From Octopus sinensis (taxonomy: Eukaryota), in NCBI RefSeq assembly GCF_006345805.1, contig NC_042997.1:85126001-85190000 (forward strand): a stretch of 64,000 bases of DNA, given 5' to 3'. The translations under genes were made by a program, and so were the position numbers. Under the pieces are notes generated by a model. It searched no databases, had not been told where the DNA came from, and saw only the letters and a program-made list of their open reading frames with translations. The first letter of the stretch is position 1; each line of letters starts with the position of its first letter. Positions 50,056 through 63,780 of this stretch are shown here, piece by piece.

Positions 50056-50902
50056 GCGTGTGTATTGTATACATATATACATATATATATATGTATGCAT
50101 GTATGTATGAATTGATTTCAAATTTTGGCACATGCCAGCAATTTCAGGGGAAGGGATAAGTCGAAGTCGAGTGCATCAACCCCAGTAATTAACTGGTACT
50201 TTTTATTTATCTTCCCCGAAAGTATTAAAGGCAAAATTGACCTCGACGAAATTTGAACTCAAAACGTGAAGACGGACGAAATGCCGCTAAACATTCTGCC
50301 AGGCGTGCTAACGGCTCCGCCAGCTCGTTGGCTAGGAAGAGATATCGACGTGAAGAATTTTAGTTGACTAAAATGGACAACAGTTAATAGTTGTAGGTCT
50401 GGTTCTGTCATTTTGCCGGACCATTAGGTAACGTATTGAGACAAACACACACAACACACACACACACAGATATATATATATATATATATATAATATATAT
50501 ATATATGCGTGTGTATTGTATACATATATACATATATATATATGTATGCATGTATGTATGAATTGATTTCAAATTTTGGCACATGCCAGCAATTTCAGGG
50601 GAAGGGATAAGTCGAAGTCGAGTGCATCAACCCCAGTAATTAACTGGTACTTTTTATTTATCTTCCCCGAAAGTATTAAAGGCAAAATTGACCTCGACGA
50701 AATTTGAACTCAAAACGTGAAGACGGACGAAATGCCGCTAAACATTCTGCCAGGCGTGCTAACGGCTCCGCCAGCTCGTTGGCTAGGAAGAGATATCGAC
50801 GTGAAGAATTTTAGTTGACTAAAATGGACAACAGTTAATAGTTGTAGGTCTGGTTCTGTCATTTTGCCGGACCATTAGGTAACGTATTGAGACAAACACA
50901 CA
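50000..50902. repeat. 451-bp direct tandem duplication
   Basis: Non-microsatellite sequence 50056-50446 recurs at +451 with no difference seen by eye; junctions lie in (CA)n/(TA)n tracts. Confidence 0.95.
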
Positions 50903-51157
50903 CACACACACACACACATACACACACACACACACACACCCTCTCTCTCTCTCACACACTCACACATATACACATACAAGCTTACACACACATGTTTGTT
51001 AGGCTTCCGTATAGTTTCCGGCGACAAAATTCGTCCCGGGACTATTATAGAAGACACTTCTCTAAGGTGTTAAGCAGTTGAACTGAACCTAATACCACGT
51101 GATTGTACACAGCCATGCCTGCTCATATGTATGTGTTTATGTGTGTATGTGTGTATG

Positions 51158-51200
<43 letters not shown>

Positions 51201-52021
51201 GTATATATACACACACACACACGTCCGTATATGCGTGCGTGCTTGTGAGTGTGTGTATGTTTTTGTGTGCGCGTATGTGCATATGTGTGTATGTGTGTCT
51301 GTGTGTGTGTGCGTCCAGTTTTTATTAATTCTGCATTACTACTGTCCCAACACATTAACAGAGCCCAATAAAAGAAGAGAACAACTGAATGAACGAACAA
51401 ATGAATGAATGAATGAATGAATGAATGAATGAATGAATTAGCAAATGAACGAGTAAGTTGAATTGTTGAAGAAGGAGTCTCTACACTGTTGTTGTTATTG
51501 TTGTATAACCACGAGTCAATCTTGACTGAGCAGACCTATGATCAGACTGAGCAGACCTATGATCGGAGGCGCTCCATCCTTAACCATCCCAATATTTTTT
51601 TTCAAATAATGTATACTTTCAAACTTCTATTTATATGATGTTAGCATCCACACAGAGTCTATGTGGTGGTTAACCCGCTATAATTACTAGCTAAATCACC
51701 ATAACCAGGTATGGGTAACTGTTTTCGAAAAGTGGGCCGCACTTCTAAAAAAAGAAAAAAAAATGCAAGGTACATTTTCGTTAGGCGTGCCATTCAGAAA
51801 GTCTTCTGAGTCATAGCTTGTCCATTGCTGACACAGAGGTCCCCTTCATTAAGAAATAGAATAATCACTCTGCAAGTGTTCTACTGGTTAAGAGAAACTG
51901 TAGCCAAATATCCCTCATCTTCCACCTTATCGGTTTGAAAATGAAGGACATGTTGGACAATGTCGTCCTGGACACGCAATGTCCGGCAACAATACGAGAT
52001 GATCATGACTAAGGAGGATAA

Positions 52022-52265
52022 AGGTTCTTTCCGAGTCATACAGACTCATAGGGCCGGTTTCCCGATTTCTCTGGCGTATATATTCCCTGCTGGACGGGAC
52101 GCTGGTCCATCGCAGTGTTACTCCTTTTTGCCAGCTGAGTGGACTAGAGCGACGTGAAATGAAGTGTTTTGCTCAAGAACACAAATCCTCACCCGGTCCA
52201 TGAATAAAAACCACAATCTTACAATCATGAACCCAACACCCTAACCACTAAGCCACACACCTCCA
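52022..52265 (-). mobile_element. tRNA-derived SINE family C, copy 1
   Basis: Minus strand head ggaggtgtgtggcttagtggttagggtg, central tgtgttcttgagcaaaacacttcatttcac. Confidence 0.8.
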
Positions 52266-52477
52266 CGATAATCATGGTTGGATTACGTTTGCTCAGCAGC
52301 TTTGGGACCCCCAAGTGCTCTAGGGGTTCGCTCGACTTACAAGAAATAGCGGCCCAATCCCCCTCAAAACATGTTGTGCCTCCCGAGAAAAGGACGCATT
52401 GGACAATGCAGTTCTAGAGTTCCTTACAGGAAGGAAAATGACTGGATAATCGATGGAATAACTGTAGCCATAGATTA

Positions 52478-52730
52478 GGTAAATTACCTTCTCGAGTCAT
52501 GAAGACGCATAGGGGCCAGTTTCCCGGTTTCTATGCCGTATAAATTCTCCGCCTGGATGGGACTTTGGTCCGCCGCAGGATTATTCATTTTCGCCAGCTG
52601 AGTGGACTGGAGCAATGTGAAATGAAGTGTTTTGCTCAAGAACACAATGTGTTGCACGGTCCAGGAATCGAAACCAGAATCTTACAATAATGAGTCCGAC
52701 ACCCTAACCATTAAACTGCGCGCTTCCACC
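52478..52730 (-). mobile_element. SINE family C, copy 2
   Basis: Collinear with copy 1; B-box ggtttcgattcc. Confidence 0.8.
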
Positions 52731-53359
52731 ATGGCCATACATTGGCTCGATGGGGAATTGATATAGAGATAAACGATAACAACTACAATAGCGATAGTAA
52801 AGGCAACAACAATACCAGAAACACTTATTTTTTTAATGTAGGACTTAGACAGCAATGTTGAGGAGAAGGGGCAAGTTGATTAAATCGATCTATTATCGAC
52901 CCCCAAAAGGATGAACGGCAAAGGTGAACATGGATTATAGCAATACCAGCAACTGCAATAACAACAGTAATAGTTCCTAATTCAGGCCGAAGAAGTAGGG
53001 TAGCAATGGGATGGGGTGTACTTTAGAGGCTACTGTATAAACCTGTATTGACCATGGGGACCCGTACGAGGCAGCAAGTTCAAAGGCTGCTCCAAACTGC
53101 AGATACTCCAGCTACGGCACTGGGCCCAGGACCAGCAATATTGAGGAGGAGTTAGTCGATACTGTCGACTCCAGTACTCGGCTTGTAGTTTATTTTAGCT
53201 GCCCGAGCAGGAGAAACGATAAAACTGACGCCGGCGGGGCTTGAACTCAGGCAGTATAGAAGAAAATACCGTATGGTATCTCGTTCGATGCTAACAACGA
53301 ATAGAACGACTGAGACAACAATCATAACAACAACAACAACAGCAATGTTTAATTCAAAA

Positions 53360-53609
53360 GGTAAAGGTAAAGTTACCTTCTCGTGTCATGCTGACTCATA
53401 AAGGCCGGATTCCCTGTTTCCGGGGCGTATAAATTCCCCACCTGGACGGGACGCTAGACTGTCACAGGATTACTCATTTTTGCCAGCTGAGTGGACAGGA
53501 GCAATGTGAAATGAAGTGCGTTGCTCAAGAACACAACGCGTCGTCCGATCCAGAAATCGAAACCACTCTCTTGCGATCAACACCCTGACCACTAAATTAC
53601 GCGCCTCCA
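53360..53609 (-). mobile_element. SINE family C, copy 3
   Basis: Collinear with copies 1-2; (TTTACC) tail on the minus strand. Confidence 0.8.
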
Positions 53610-53719
53610 AGTAAAAGGACAGCGCCAGTCGAATAAACCGACCCCAGTACTGAACTGGTACGTTATTTTATCGGACCCAGAATGATGAAAGGTAAAGTTG
53701 ACTTTCCAGGGATCTGAAG

Positions 53720-54067
53720 TAGTATTTCCCGACCTATTTTCCCCCAGGCCCTTCTATAACTTTTCAGAAAAATGTACGACCCACCAGTGGCATACGTAAA
53801 AACATAAATAATTTATCGACTGCTCATAATTTTTTATTTTCCTTAAAGAAATAGCCACATTAAAGCGTTAAACTAGCTCTATATTTTAGCAAACAGTCTT
53901 CATACTGCTTGGATGGAGGGATTGTTTTGGTTGTATGTTTGCTGTGTAAAAAAGATCATAATTTCATATCTCATTTAAAGAAATGAAAAAAAATTGAGAT
54001 CCTATGCCCCACCACAATTTTCCCGGGTCCCACTGGTGGGACGTATGCCCCTCGCTGGGAATCACTG
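53720..54067. mobile_element. hAT-like MITE (second subfamily)
   Basis: TIRs tagtatttcccgac / gctgggaatcactg; TSD atctgaag / atttggag (6/8). Confidence 0.6.
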
Positions 54068-55299
54068 ATTTGGAGAGGCAGAACAACGAATCGAACGATT
54101 TTGCTTCGAGAATTACAGTTGCAGCATCAACAACAACAACCACGATGACAACAACAACAACAACAACACCAACAACAACAAGAGCAACTACAATTATTAC
54201 AAGACAAAAATAACAACGAGATTAACAATCACAATAGCAGCAAGGACTTCAATGACGACGACGACGACGAGAAAGCAAAACAGCGACAATTCAACCACAT
54301 CTATAACTACTACGACAACAACAACAGCTACAACAAAAGTAACAACTCTTAAAGTGTATCACCTAGAACTTCGAAATACTTTTCCTTTTTCTCTTCAACT
54401 TTCTTCCTGTCTTCAGTTAAACCTCCTCGGTAGCTTACACTCACTCACTCACTCACACACACACACGCACAGTTTAGCGTTCATTCAGAAATCGAATCGG
54501 ACACACGAACACAGCAGCTGTTTTACAAACTTTTACGAGATAACGGGAGAGCACTTGCGCGCTTAGTCGATGAGCTAGAAATAACAGTCAAATGTATGTC
54601 GTGATAGATTGTTCTTATAATAATGAAAAAACGACGGGGGTGTAGGTGACACATTCATCATGTGTCTGTACATGTGCAGGCGTTGCCATGGCTGTGTGAT
54701 AAGAAGCTTGCTTCTCAACCGCATGTTTCCGGGTTCAGTCCCATTGCATGGCACCTTGGGCAGGTGTCTTCAACTATAGCCTTGGGCCAAAGACTTGTGA
54801 GTGGACATGATAGATGGAAACTGAAAGAAGCCCTTCGTAAAAATGGCAAGGCTGTGTAGAATTTTTAGGACATTTATAAAGAGAAATTTAGTCTTACAGC
54901 TGCTTCTGGGATATTAGGGATATCCCTTAATTAGAGACGATATGAGAGAGTTAAATGTGTGTATGTGTGATTGTGTGCATCTGGCCCTCACTACCACTTG
55001 ATAACCAGTGTTGGTGTGTTTACTTAGCAGTTCGGCAAAATATAACGAGAGAAATATAGGGAAATAGTAGAGTTTAATATAAGGAGTTATTTTGGAAAAG
55101 CATAGATATAGGAAATATAAAAGCAAATAAGAGAATAAAAGTAAAAAGAAAAATATATGTAGGATGTTACAGTTGCAGTTCCATTATCCAAGGAAAGTGC
55201 TGTGTAGAATGGGTAGAAATGCTTCTTGTCCATGGTATGTAGATTCTGATAGGAGTTCATATTTTGTTATTACAAATGGATAGTGTGTGTGTGTGTGTG

Positions 55300-55485
55300 T
55301 GTACTTGCCGGCGTATAAGACATACTCCCCTTTAAGACACATTCCTCTTTACAAGTAAATTTTGGAGGAAAAAATTTAATAAGTTACATCATGCACTCAT
55401 AGACTCGGTGTCCCACACGTAATGCGATCGCATTTTTTAAAATTTGAGAATCATAATAGTGCATCTTATATGTCGGCATATACGA
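55300..55485. mobile_element. Tc1/mariner (pogo/Tc2-like) MITE
   Basis: TIRs gtacttgccggcgtataaga / tcttatatgtcggcatatacg. Confidence 0.6.
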
Positions 55486-55486
55486 T

Positions 55487-57290
55487 ATCATCATCATCAT
55501 CATCATCATCATCATCGTTTAACGTCCGCTTTCCGCGCTAGCACGGGTTGGACGGTTCGACCGGGTCTGGGAAGCCAGGGGCCGCTCCAGGCTCCAGTCT
55601 GAATCTGGCAGAGTTTCTACGGCTGGATGCCCTTCCTAACGCCAACCACTCCGTGAGTGGATTGGGTGCTTTTTACGTGCCACCTGCACAGGGGCCGGAG
55701 GGTCCGGCATCGTCATGATCGGTTCGAGCATTTTAACGTGTCAGCGGCACGGGGGCAACGAGGTCCGGGGTACTTTGGGGATCGGGGTACTTTGGGGATC
55801 CAGGGTACTTTGGGGATCCGGGGTACTTAGAATGGGTAGGGGGTATGTGGAATTGCTGCAGAAAGCAGCCCGGGTCTTTGTAGTCACAGCATATCTCCAG
55901 AGATCTCGGTCCTTCGCCATTGCCTCAGTGAGGCCCAATGCTCTGAGGTCATGCTTGACCACCTCATCCCATGTCTTCCTGGGTCTACCTCTCCCCCTGA
56001 TACCTTCAACTGTTTGGGAGTGGCACTTCTTCACACATCTCTCTTCATCCATCCGCAGCACATGACCATACCATCGCAAGCGTCGCTCTTGCACACCACA
56101 TCTGATGCTTCTTATATCCAGCATTTCTCTCAGGATACTTACACTCTGTTTTGCGTGCACACTGACACTACACATCCAGCGGATCATGCTAGCTTCATTT
56201 CTTTCAAGTCTACGCATGTCTTCTGCAGTCACAGCCCATGTTTCATTACCGTGAAGCATGGCAGTTCGCACACATGCATCATACAATCTACCTTTTGCTC
56301 TGAGGGAGAGACCTTTTGTTGCCAGTAGGGGTAGGAGCTTTCTGAACTTTGCCCAGGCTATTCGTATTCTAGTGGTGATACTCTCTGTGCATCCACCTCC
56401 GCTACTAACTTGGTCACCCAGGTAGCGGAAACTATCAACTACTTCTAGTTTCTCTCCCTGGAGTGTGATGGAATCTGTTTTCTGAGTGTCTGTTGTGTCT
56501 ATTGTCCCTGTGCATCTGCCGCACATGAAAGCTATCTTATCTGTTAATTTCCCTTTAATGTTGCTGCACCTCTTATGTGTCCATAACTTACATTGGGTGC
56601 ATCTTATGGAGTTTCTACCTGTACCTTTCCTACAGGTTGAGCAGGGCCACCTATCCGAGGGGATGTGTGCTGAGTACCTCTTGCTGCTTACTAATACTTT
56701 GGTCTTTGCTACATTTATTCTAAGGCCCTTTGATTCCAACCCTTGCTTCCACACCCGAAATTTCTCTTCTAGTTCCGGTAGTGATTCTGCTATGAGAGCT
56801 AGGTCATCGGCATAGAGGAGCTCCCAGGGGCATCCGTTTTGAATTCCTCTGTTATTGCCTGAAGGACTATGATGAATAAAAGGGGACTGAGGCTGAGCCC
56901 TGGTGCACACCTACTTCTACCCGGAATTCTTCACTATATTCGTTGCCAATCCTAACCTTGCTGACAGCCTCTCTGTATAGAGCCTGTACAGCCCTTATTA
57001 GCCATTCTTCAATATCCAGTTTCCGCATCGACCACCAGATAAGGGAACGGGGAACCCTGTCAAAGGCTTTCTCCAAGTCTACAAAAGCTATGTAGAGGGG
57101 TTTATCTTTAGCTAGGTACTTCTCCTGCAGTTGTCGGACCAGGAATATAGCATCAGTGGTGCTTCTACCTGGTACAAAACCGAACTGCATTTCATCTAAA
57201 CAAATTCTCTCCCTAATGAGATTGGTTATGACCTTCTCTGAGACCTTCATCACCTGGTCCAACAGTTTGATACCTCTGTAGTTATTTCTA
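55487..57290 (-). mobile_element. RTE-clade LINE, 5'-truncated, frameshifted (copy 2, different subfamily)
   Basis: [63 protein letters not shown] in ORFs 56867..57364 and 55741..56910; (ATG)n tail. Confidence 0.94.
55765..55828. repeat. ~18-bp tandem repeat in RTE 3' region
   Basis: ggggtactttggggatcc, about 3.5 copies. Confidence 0.85.
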
Positions 57291-57335
<45 letters not shown>

Positions 57336-57392
57336 TCCATATATATGCATACACACATACACACATATATATATGTATATGTGTATATATAG

Positions 57393-57478
<86 letters not shown>

Positions 57479-57536
57479 TTCCATATATATGCATACACAC
57501 ATACACACATATATATATGTATATGTGTATATATAG

Positions 57537-57572
<36 letters not shown>

Positions 57573-57841
57573 ACCTTTTATCTTTTGCTTGTTTCAGTCA
57601 TTACATTCTAGCCATACCGGGATGAGTTGAATCATAAATGTAAGATATTCTGGTGATCTGATGATCTAGCTTTCTTTATCTGTACTGATTTGTACAATTG
57701 CATTGTATATTAGTGCAGACATGTAAACATAATTTATTATGCACTGAAATTATTATTAGATGTTGAGGGCTGCAAAACGGCCGTAATCCTAAGGATAACA
57801 AGTGGTGAAATAAATACGACTCTCATATCTCTTGACTTTTA

Positions 57842-57875
<34 letters not shown>

Positions 57876-57986
57876 ATTTGTGTGTGTACATGTGTGTGTG
57901 TGCGTGCGTGCATGTGTTTTGATATGGATGGATGTGTGTGTGTTGTGTTGTGCTGTGTTGTATTGAAGTTGAAAAGACTTCACAAA

Positions 57987-58024
57987 TTGTTACTCAGAGT
58001 TTCATGTAATCGATCATCAGAAAG
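57987..58024 (-). ncRNA. Degenerate hammerhead-like motif (same family as 3341-3378)
   Basis: Minus strand: UUU CUGAUGA UCGAUUACAU GAAAC UCUGA GUA ACAA; canonical core, decayed stems. Confidence 0.45.
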
Positions 58025-59055
58025 TATTTTGAAGAATACAATGTTTTATAAGTATTTATAAACGGTGCAGTATTTATTATTTCGCACCTCATCGAATAAA
58101 CACTTAGAGCAGCTGGGCAGGGCAGTATTACCATTCAAACTAAGAGAAATCTGCTGCACGAAAATCTTTCTGACCTTAACGGGAGAACATTAACATTAAA
58201 AGCAAGTTGAATCTGAATTAAAAACTGAATAATAAACAACGTCTACACCTGTGAAACGGGCATAATAAATACACAGAGGTAAAGTTATTTTAGAAATCAA
58301 GAATGTTGTAAAAGATAGAAATTTAAAGGAAAATTGTTAGGTAATGCAAAGGTGAATAAGTATCAAGAAAACAAGTAAAAAATAAATACGAAAATAAATG
58401 AATGAGCTTACTCTAAGAGGTGGTGAGTTGCAGTTATAGAAGAAAATAAGAGGGAAGAGAAACACATAGAAGCTAAAGAGGAAGGAGACGGATAAACTAC
58501 GAAAAGAGAGGAAGAAGGATAGAGAGAAGAAGGAAAAAGACGAAGAAGAATAAAAGTGAGAAAAGAGGGAAGTGAAGCTAAAACATGCTGTTAGTTACAA
58601 CGTATAGACTTGTATAAAATACGGATAGCCATATGCATGTAAGATGGACAGAAGTGATTAAAAAGCGTACAATAGAGAAATTACGTAGACGGTGAGTTAA
58701 AGGTATGAGGGAAGACACTGACACAGAAAAAATATAACTAATCGGAACTGTATTTAGAGACACTCGTGATTTGTGCATAGCACCAGGACATCGGCAACAA
58801 GGCAGAATTTGAATTCAGAATGCAAAATGTGAAACATATACCACAAAACATCTTATCCATGGCTCTAACAATTCCTCCACCTGAATTGCTAATTTATATT
58901 TATTGCTGCAAGAAATGATGATAGGTAGCCTAGTACATTAGATGATATAAAGAAAAAAGAATACAATATTTTCGCTAAAATCCAGAGTACGGAGAAACTG
59001 GGAACTAGTGATTGACCGTATCGGCAGTTGTTAACCACTGGGAGATTGTCTCGAA

Positions 59056-59405
59056 CAGTGGTTCTCAACCGGAGTTCATATGGGCCTTGAGGGTCCATTT
59101 AAGACTTTTGGGAGGGGGGTCCACGTAACAAAATAGTAATTGGGGATCCACAATCGTATTTTAAGGACCCCTGGTAAACTTTTGTTTTAAATGTATTGTA
59201 CGTATTGTAAGAAACAGGTTTCTTTCTCCAATATTTTACATAGTTCAATCCCCACAAGTTAATGTGCGAAGAACAAATTAAGAATTTTGAAAGAAGTTTC
59301 TATAAAACTAGTTTTTAAAGCTTTAATGGTTATAAGGGTCCACCAGATTAAAATAGCAATCAAAGAGATCCATAGATAAAAAAAAAGAATGGTTGAGAAT
59401 CCCTG
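59056..59405. mobile_element. hAT (Charlie-like) MITE
   Basis: TIRs cagtggttctcaacc / ggttgagaatccctg; TSD gtctcgaa / ctctggaa; collinear with 35952-36302. Confidence 0.85.
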
Positions 59406-60491
59406 CTCTGGAATATTTGATGTTTAATACTCTCAGACTTGGGCCCCTGTGTATAACTTTACCTTGCATCTGGGTTCCTAGGTAAAAAAAATAATAAATA
59501 GTTGTATATACAGATCACGAGTAACGATAGCAGGCAATCTAATGGACAGAATTGGCTGTAGACTTATTTTTCTGTGTGTGTTGTTCATTACTGCTTTACC
59601 GGGACCAGAGATGATGTTCAACTTATTCCCACTTTAGCGAGAATATGGCGTATCAGGGTTAATGTTCGGGAGAAGCAATGAATCTGCACTCCTCAAATTA
59701 TTATTATTTTTTTTGGATTTTCATTGTAGGTTTCAATGTCGCCGAATTAAATCTGTTTTATCCTTTTACTCGTAGTCAATAAAATAAGGTTGAAACGATG
59801 AATTTGGTTGAGTCAGTAGGCCGTCAGATAGAGTCTCTGCACTATGCAATTCAATTCTTGTTAATGTTAACTTTATTGTTCTGGTCTAGTATTGCGATCG
59901 ATTCTTATTCTCTCTCATCCCCTCGCTTTCCTTTTCCGCTTTCTATCTTCCTCCCTTTTTTTTTTATTTGTATCTGGAAAAACCCCTCCATGTTGAGACG
60001 TGTATTAGGATGGGCTCTTCTAGTTAAAATAACCACAACACTCCCTACGTCATGATGATGCTCTAAAGCTCCATCAGGCGTTGAAGACTCAAGGATGGAA
60101 GGGAAATGGAAGTTGTGGATTCGACTGAATGAATCCCAGTAAACGTGTACGCATTATTTATGTTGTGGTTTAGTTCCAGCTGAGCTGGAACTAAAATGTA
60201 ATCCAACCTAAGACCACCAAGTCTCTTTCGGAGATGGGAGAAGTAGGGTCCAGATAACGTACATTACATAAAGGTCGTCTTCCGTTTATGCCCTGCTAAA
60301 TTTGTATTCACCAAACGTAGCACCATCCTATAATGCTAAACAAATCTTTCTAATCTGCAAAATGAGATAAACTCTTGGGCTGGTCTCAGTCACTGGATTG
60401 TGGAAATGCCGAGGTTTTAATATATCATATAACCCTCGTAATAGACGAGTACTTATTTCATCGATCTGTATATAGTTTTTGAAATAAGAAC

Positions 60492-60583
<92 letters not shown>

Positions 60584-61089
60584 GTTTGTCTGTCTGTCTG
60601 TCTTCCTATCTCTCTCTATCTATTTACCTATCTATATAAATATACATATGTGTGCATGCAGGTGAGTGTGCGAGCGTACGTATATCAAGTCTATCTTTTA
60701 TGCAACCTTCTTTGAATATACGTTTGGGATGTCTGTAACTAAGTGAATGTTGTACTGTTCCCACTCTCTAATGGCGCGATTATTTTTATCTAGAAACAGG
60801 ATATAATGTATTTCCTATGAAAAAAAGAAAAGCAATGATTATTAGAATTAAGATTCCGCCTGAAGCTATCTTTAAAGAAGGTTTTTTTTTTGTTTTGCTT
60901 TTTATCCAAGTCCACATTACGCGTTAACAACAAATTTTGACTGGATGAGCAGAAAAAAAAAAACGAAACCGAAAACGCGCTTAAGAAGGGTTTTAATTAC
61001 ATGTTCTATTATTCTACGCGAGATTTCACAACACCTGTTGAAGTATCGGTTAGATTAAATATCGACTGAGGTTGCAAGGTTATCTCCCG

Positions 61090-61322
61090 AAAAAAAAAAA
61101 CACATTTATATTTGAAAACGGGAGTCTTGTTGATGTAAGATTCGTGCTTGTGAATTTCAGAACGGAGTTGAATTTCTAGCTTATCTACCTCTTCTTAAAT
61201 GTACTTGTGTCTTTTTAATTATGGCTAACACGTCGTCCACATATCTTAAGTATATATTATATTTATCGTGTAACAATACTTAATATCTGTTTAAAAAATT
61301 GGTAAAGATTAGAGCCCAGCAG
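61090..61322 (-). mobile_element. Decayed Penelope-like reverse transcriptase fragment
   Basis: Minus strand IYLRYVDDVLAII (YVDD at 61232-61243), then in another frame FNSVLKFTSTNLTSTRLPFSNINV, resembling Penelope RT 'IKFT.E......LPFLD'. Confidence 0.7.
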
Positions 61323-62096
61323 AAGCACGTCAAAATTCCTTCGGGTTTGGGCATAACTTGGGCCTAATGGCGGAACTTCAGTCCTGCAGCAAATAAGCAA
61401 TTGTTTTTGTTTTTTTTATTTTTTTAGTGATATGTAGAAGGAATAGAGTAGTATGATGCTATACATTCTGTAACATTATGTTTATAGCGTGCTTTGTTGC
61501 ACTAACGGAATTCTCAACATCCAACGAACTTTGACGTGACGCTGCTAAACGTTATTTCCAAAACTTGTTGATAACTCCCAACCCAATAATTAGTCGGTTA
61601 TCTATTTCTAGATAAACCGATTTCATCGGTCGTTGGTGTGGCCATTATCCCAAATCATTCTTAAACTGTCAAGACCTCTGATCAAAGTAACCCTAATCAG
61701 AAGAATCTCGTACGTTTATCGGATATTGTGTATCTAGGACCACGTTATCTAGTCTCTATCGCCCTTTAATAGACGCTAAGGTATAATTTAAAGGTAATTT
61801 GGTTGGTGCCGCAACCAAACTGTTGGGTTTATTTCTGAAATACGCCAGCATTTTATTTTTGGCGATGATCAGGCTGCGTAGGTTGACAGAATAAAAACAT
61901 ATTTCAGTGGAAATTAGCAGATAATCTTAGTAAATTTGAATCTGTAGTTGATAACAACCATGATGGAGTCAATAAGTCTCGGGCAGACTCAAACAAGTCT
62001 GATGGAATTAAGGTTGTGTATTTTGACTTTCTAAAGGTCATTAGGAAATGGATTAATATGAACATTGTAATCTTAGCTCTGAAGAATTACATATAG

Positions 62097-62131
<35 letters not shown>

Positions 62132-62184
62132 GCGCGCGTGCATGTGTGAGCGTGTGTACGTGCGTGCGTGCGTATGTGTTTGTG

Positions 62185-62220
<36 letters not shown>

Positions 62221-63349
62221 TGTGTGTGTTTAACACGTTTATGCATGTATATACGTGTGCACAGTAGTGAGTTAATGTGTTCTTATATGTTGGTGTATGT
62301 AGATATACAAAAGTAATTCTTGCATTCTAAGTGCCCGGGTGTGTTTGATTACGTTTAATGTATAATATACGCGTATTTACTTTTTTGTTTGTTGTGTTAT
62401 TTTTTTTTTGTCATTTATTCCAGGGCTGGTGAAAGAAGACAGGACATTACCCTCAACTTGGAGACCTGGTTTGTATGCTTGCGAGAAAATGAACTCTTCT
62501 AAAGGCGCCCAAGAACCAGGTTGTGGTGTAAAACTGGGCGATGGCTTAGGTCAATCACTGAAAAGCAACTCGTTCGACATTATTAATTATTTCACCATTT
62601 TACTGCCCAGGAATCTCATATTTTATCATTGACCTCAGAAAGATGAAAAGCAAAGTTGGTCTCAGAATGCAAATGAATACTGCAAGGCATTTTGTCCTAT
62701 ATTCACTGACTCTGCCAATTTATGGAATGCTTTCCCACTGAAGTTCCGCCAGTAAGTTCATAATAAGGAAGCAAGCCCTTGATTTAGTGTTGAATAATAT
62801 TTAGGGATTTCTGCGAATCTCTAATTTTCCCAAGGTAGCTGTTCACGATTGGTACTTATTCATTATATTTAATTGGGGTTCTAATCCATTTAGCTTAATC
62901 GAAAGCCTTCGATAGGGTTGACCATCAGTACACGCAAATGGGTTTAATCAAGGTTTCTGGGGCTGGGTCACGTCAGACTGTGTCAACTTCGTCTTTCATC
63001 TTTTGAGAGTCAATGAATAATGTATTAGTTCAGTGCTGAAGTAGATTCTTATTTTCTTTCTTTCTGCTGTATGTTTCTCTATGTGACCTGAAGAATTGAC
63101 CTGGAGAGGGTTGGGCCCTACTAGGTCTAAAATTTCCCAAACTACACCTTGTAGCACGACACCACGCCTACGATTCCATCAAGAATTGAGGGTCCTAGAT
63201 AAAGTATATTATAATGGCTATCATTCGAGTTCGTCTAAAAGGCGAGGGAAACGAAACCATTTTGCGCTCATTCGTCCAGTCCCTGTGCATTAGTGTCTTG
63301 TGGATTTATGTCGAACTATTCTTGCTAAATGTAGTATAGAAATGCGTAT

Positions 63350-63780
63350 CAAGCATAATCATTTTTATTGATCATTTTCTTATTTTCTCTCTTTACTGTA
63401 ACTAGTTATTTTATAAATGTCGATCCTCTCCCGTGTGGTAATTTAGTAATTTTATCAACGTGCAGCAAAATCCTCATAAATATCGACACCAACACTGTCC
63501 CGTGTGGGGTAAGCGCAATGCTCGGTAAGCGTATTCCTTAATTTTTGCTAATCAAATTAAAATTTTTTCATTGATATTTCTGACTATTTTATGAATATTG
63601 ATACATTCCAATATTCATAAAAATTATCAGATAGTAAAAGGTAAAAATTAATCACTTGTTGCACGTTATAAAATTACTAGATTACTCCATGGAAAAGCGT
63701 CAATATTCATAAAATTATTAGTCATCACTAACAAGGAAAAAGAAAAGAATTTATTTGATCAGCAAAATTAAAATACTATT
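63350..63780. repeat. Nested foldback/palindromic element
   Basis: Inner hairpin tttttatgaatattg-8nt-caatattcataaaaa (~63586-63623); outer arms gtaatttagtaattttatcaacgtgcagcaa versus ttgttgcacgttataaaattactagattac. Confidence 0.65.

Noticed and set aside
61990-62045. CR1 RT-like peptide GIKVVYFDFLKVI
   Set aside because: Too short, no flanking RT motifs
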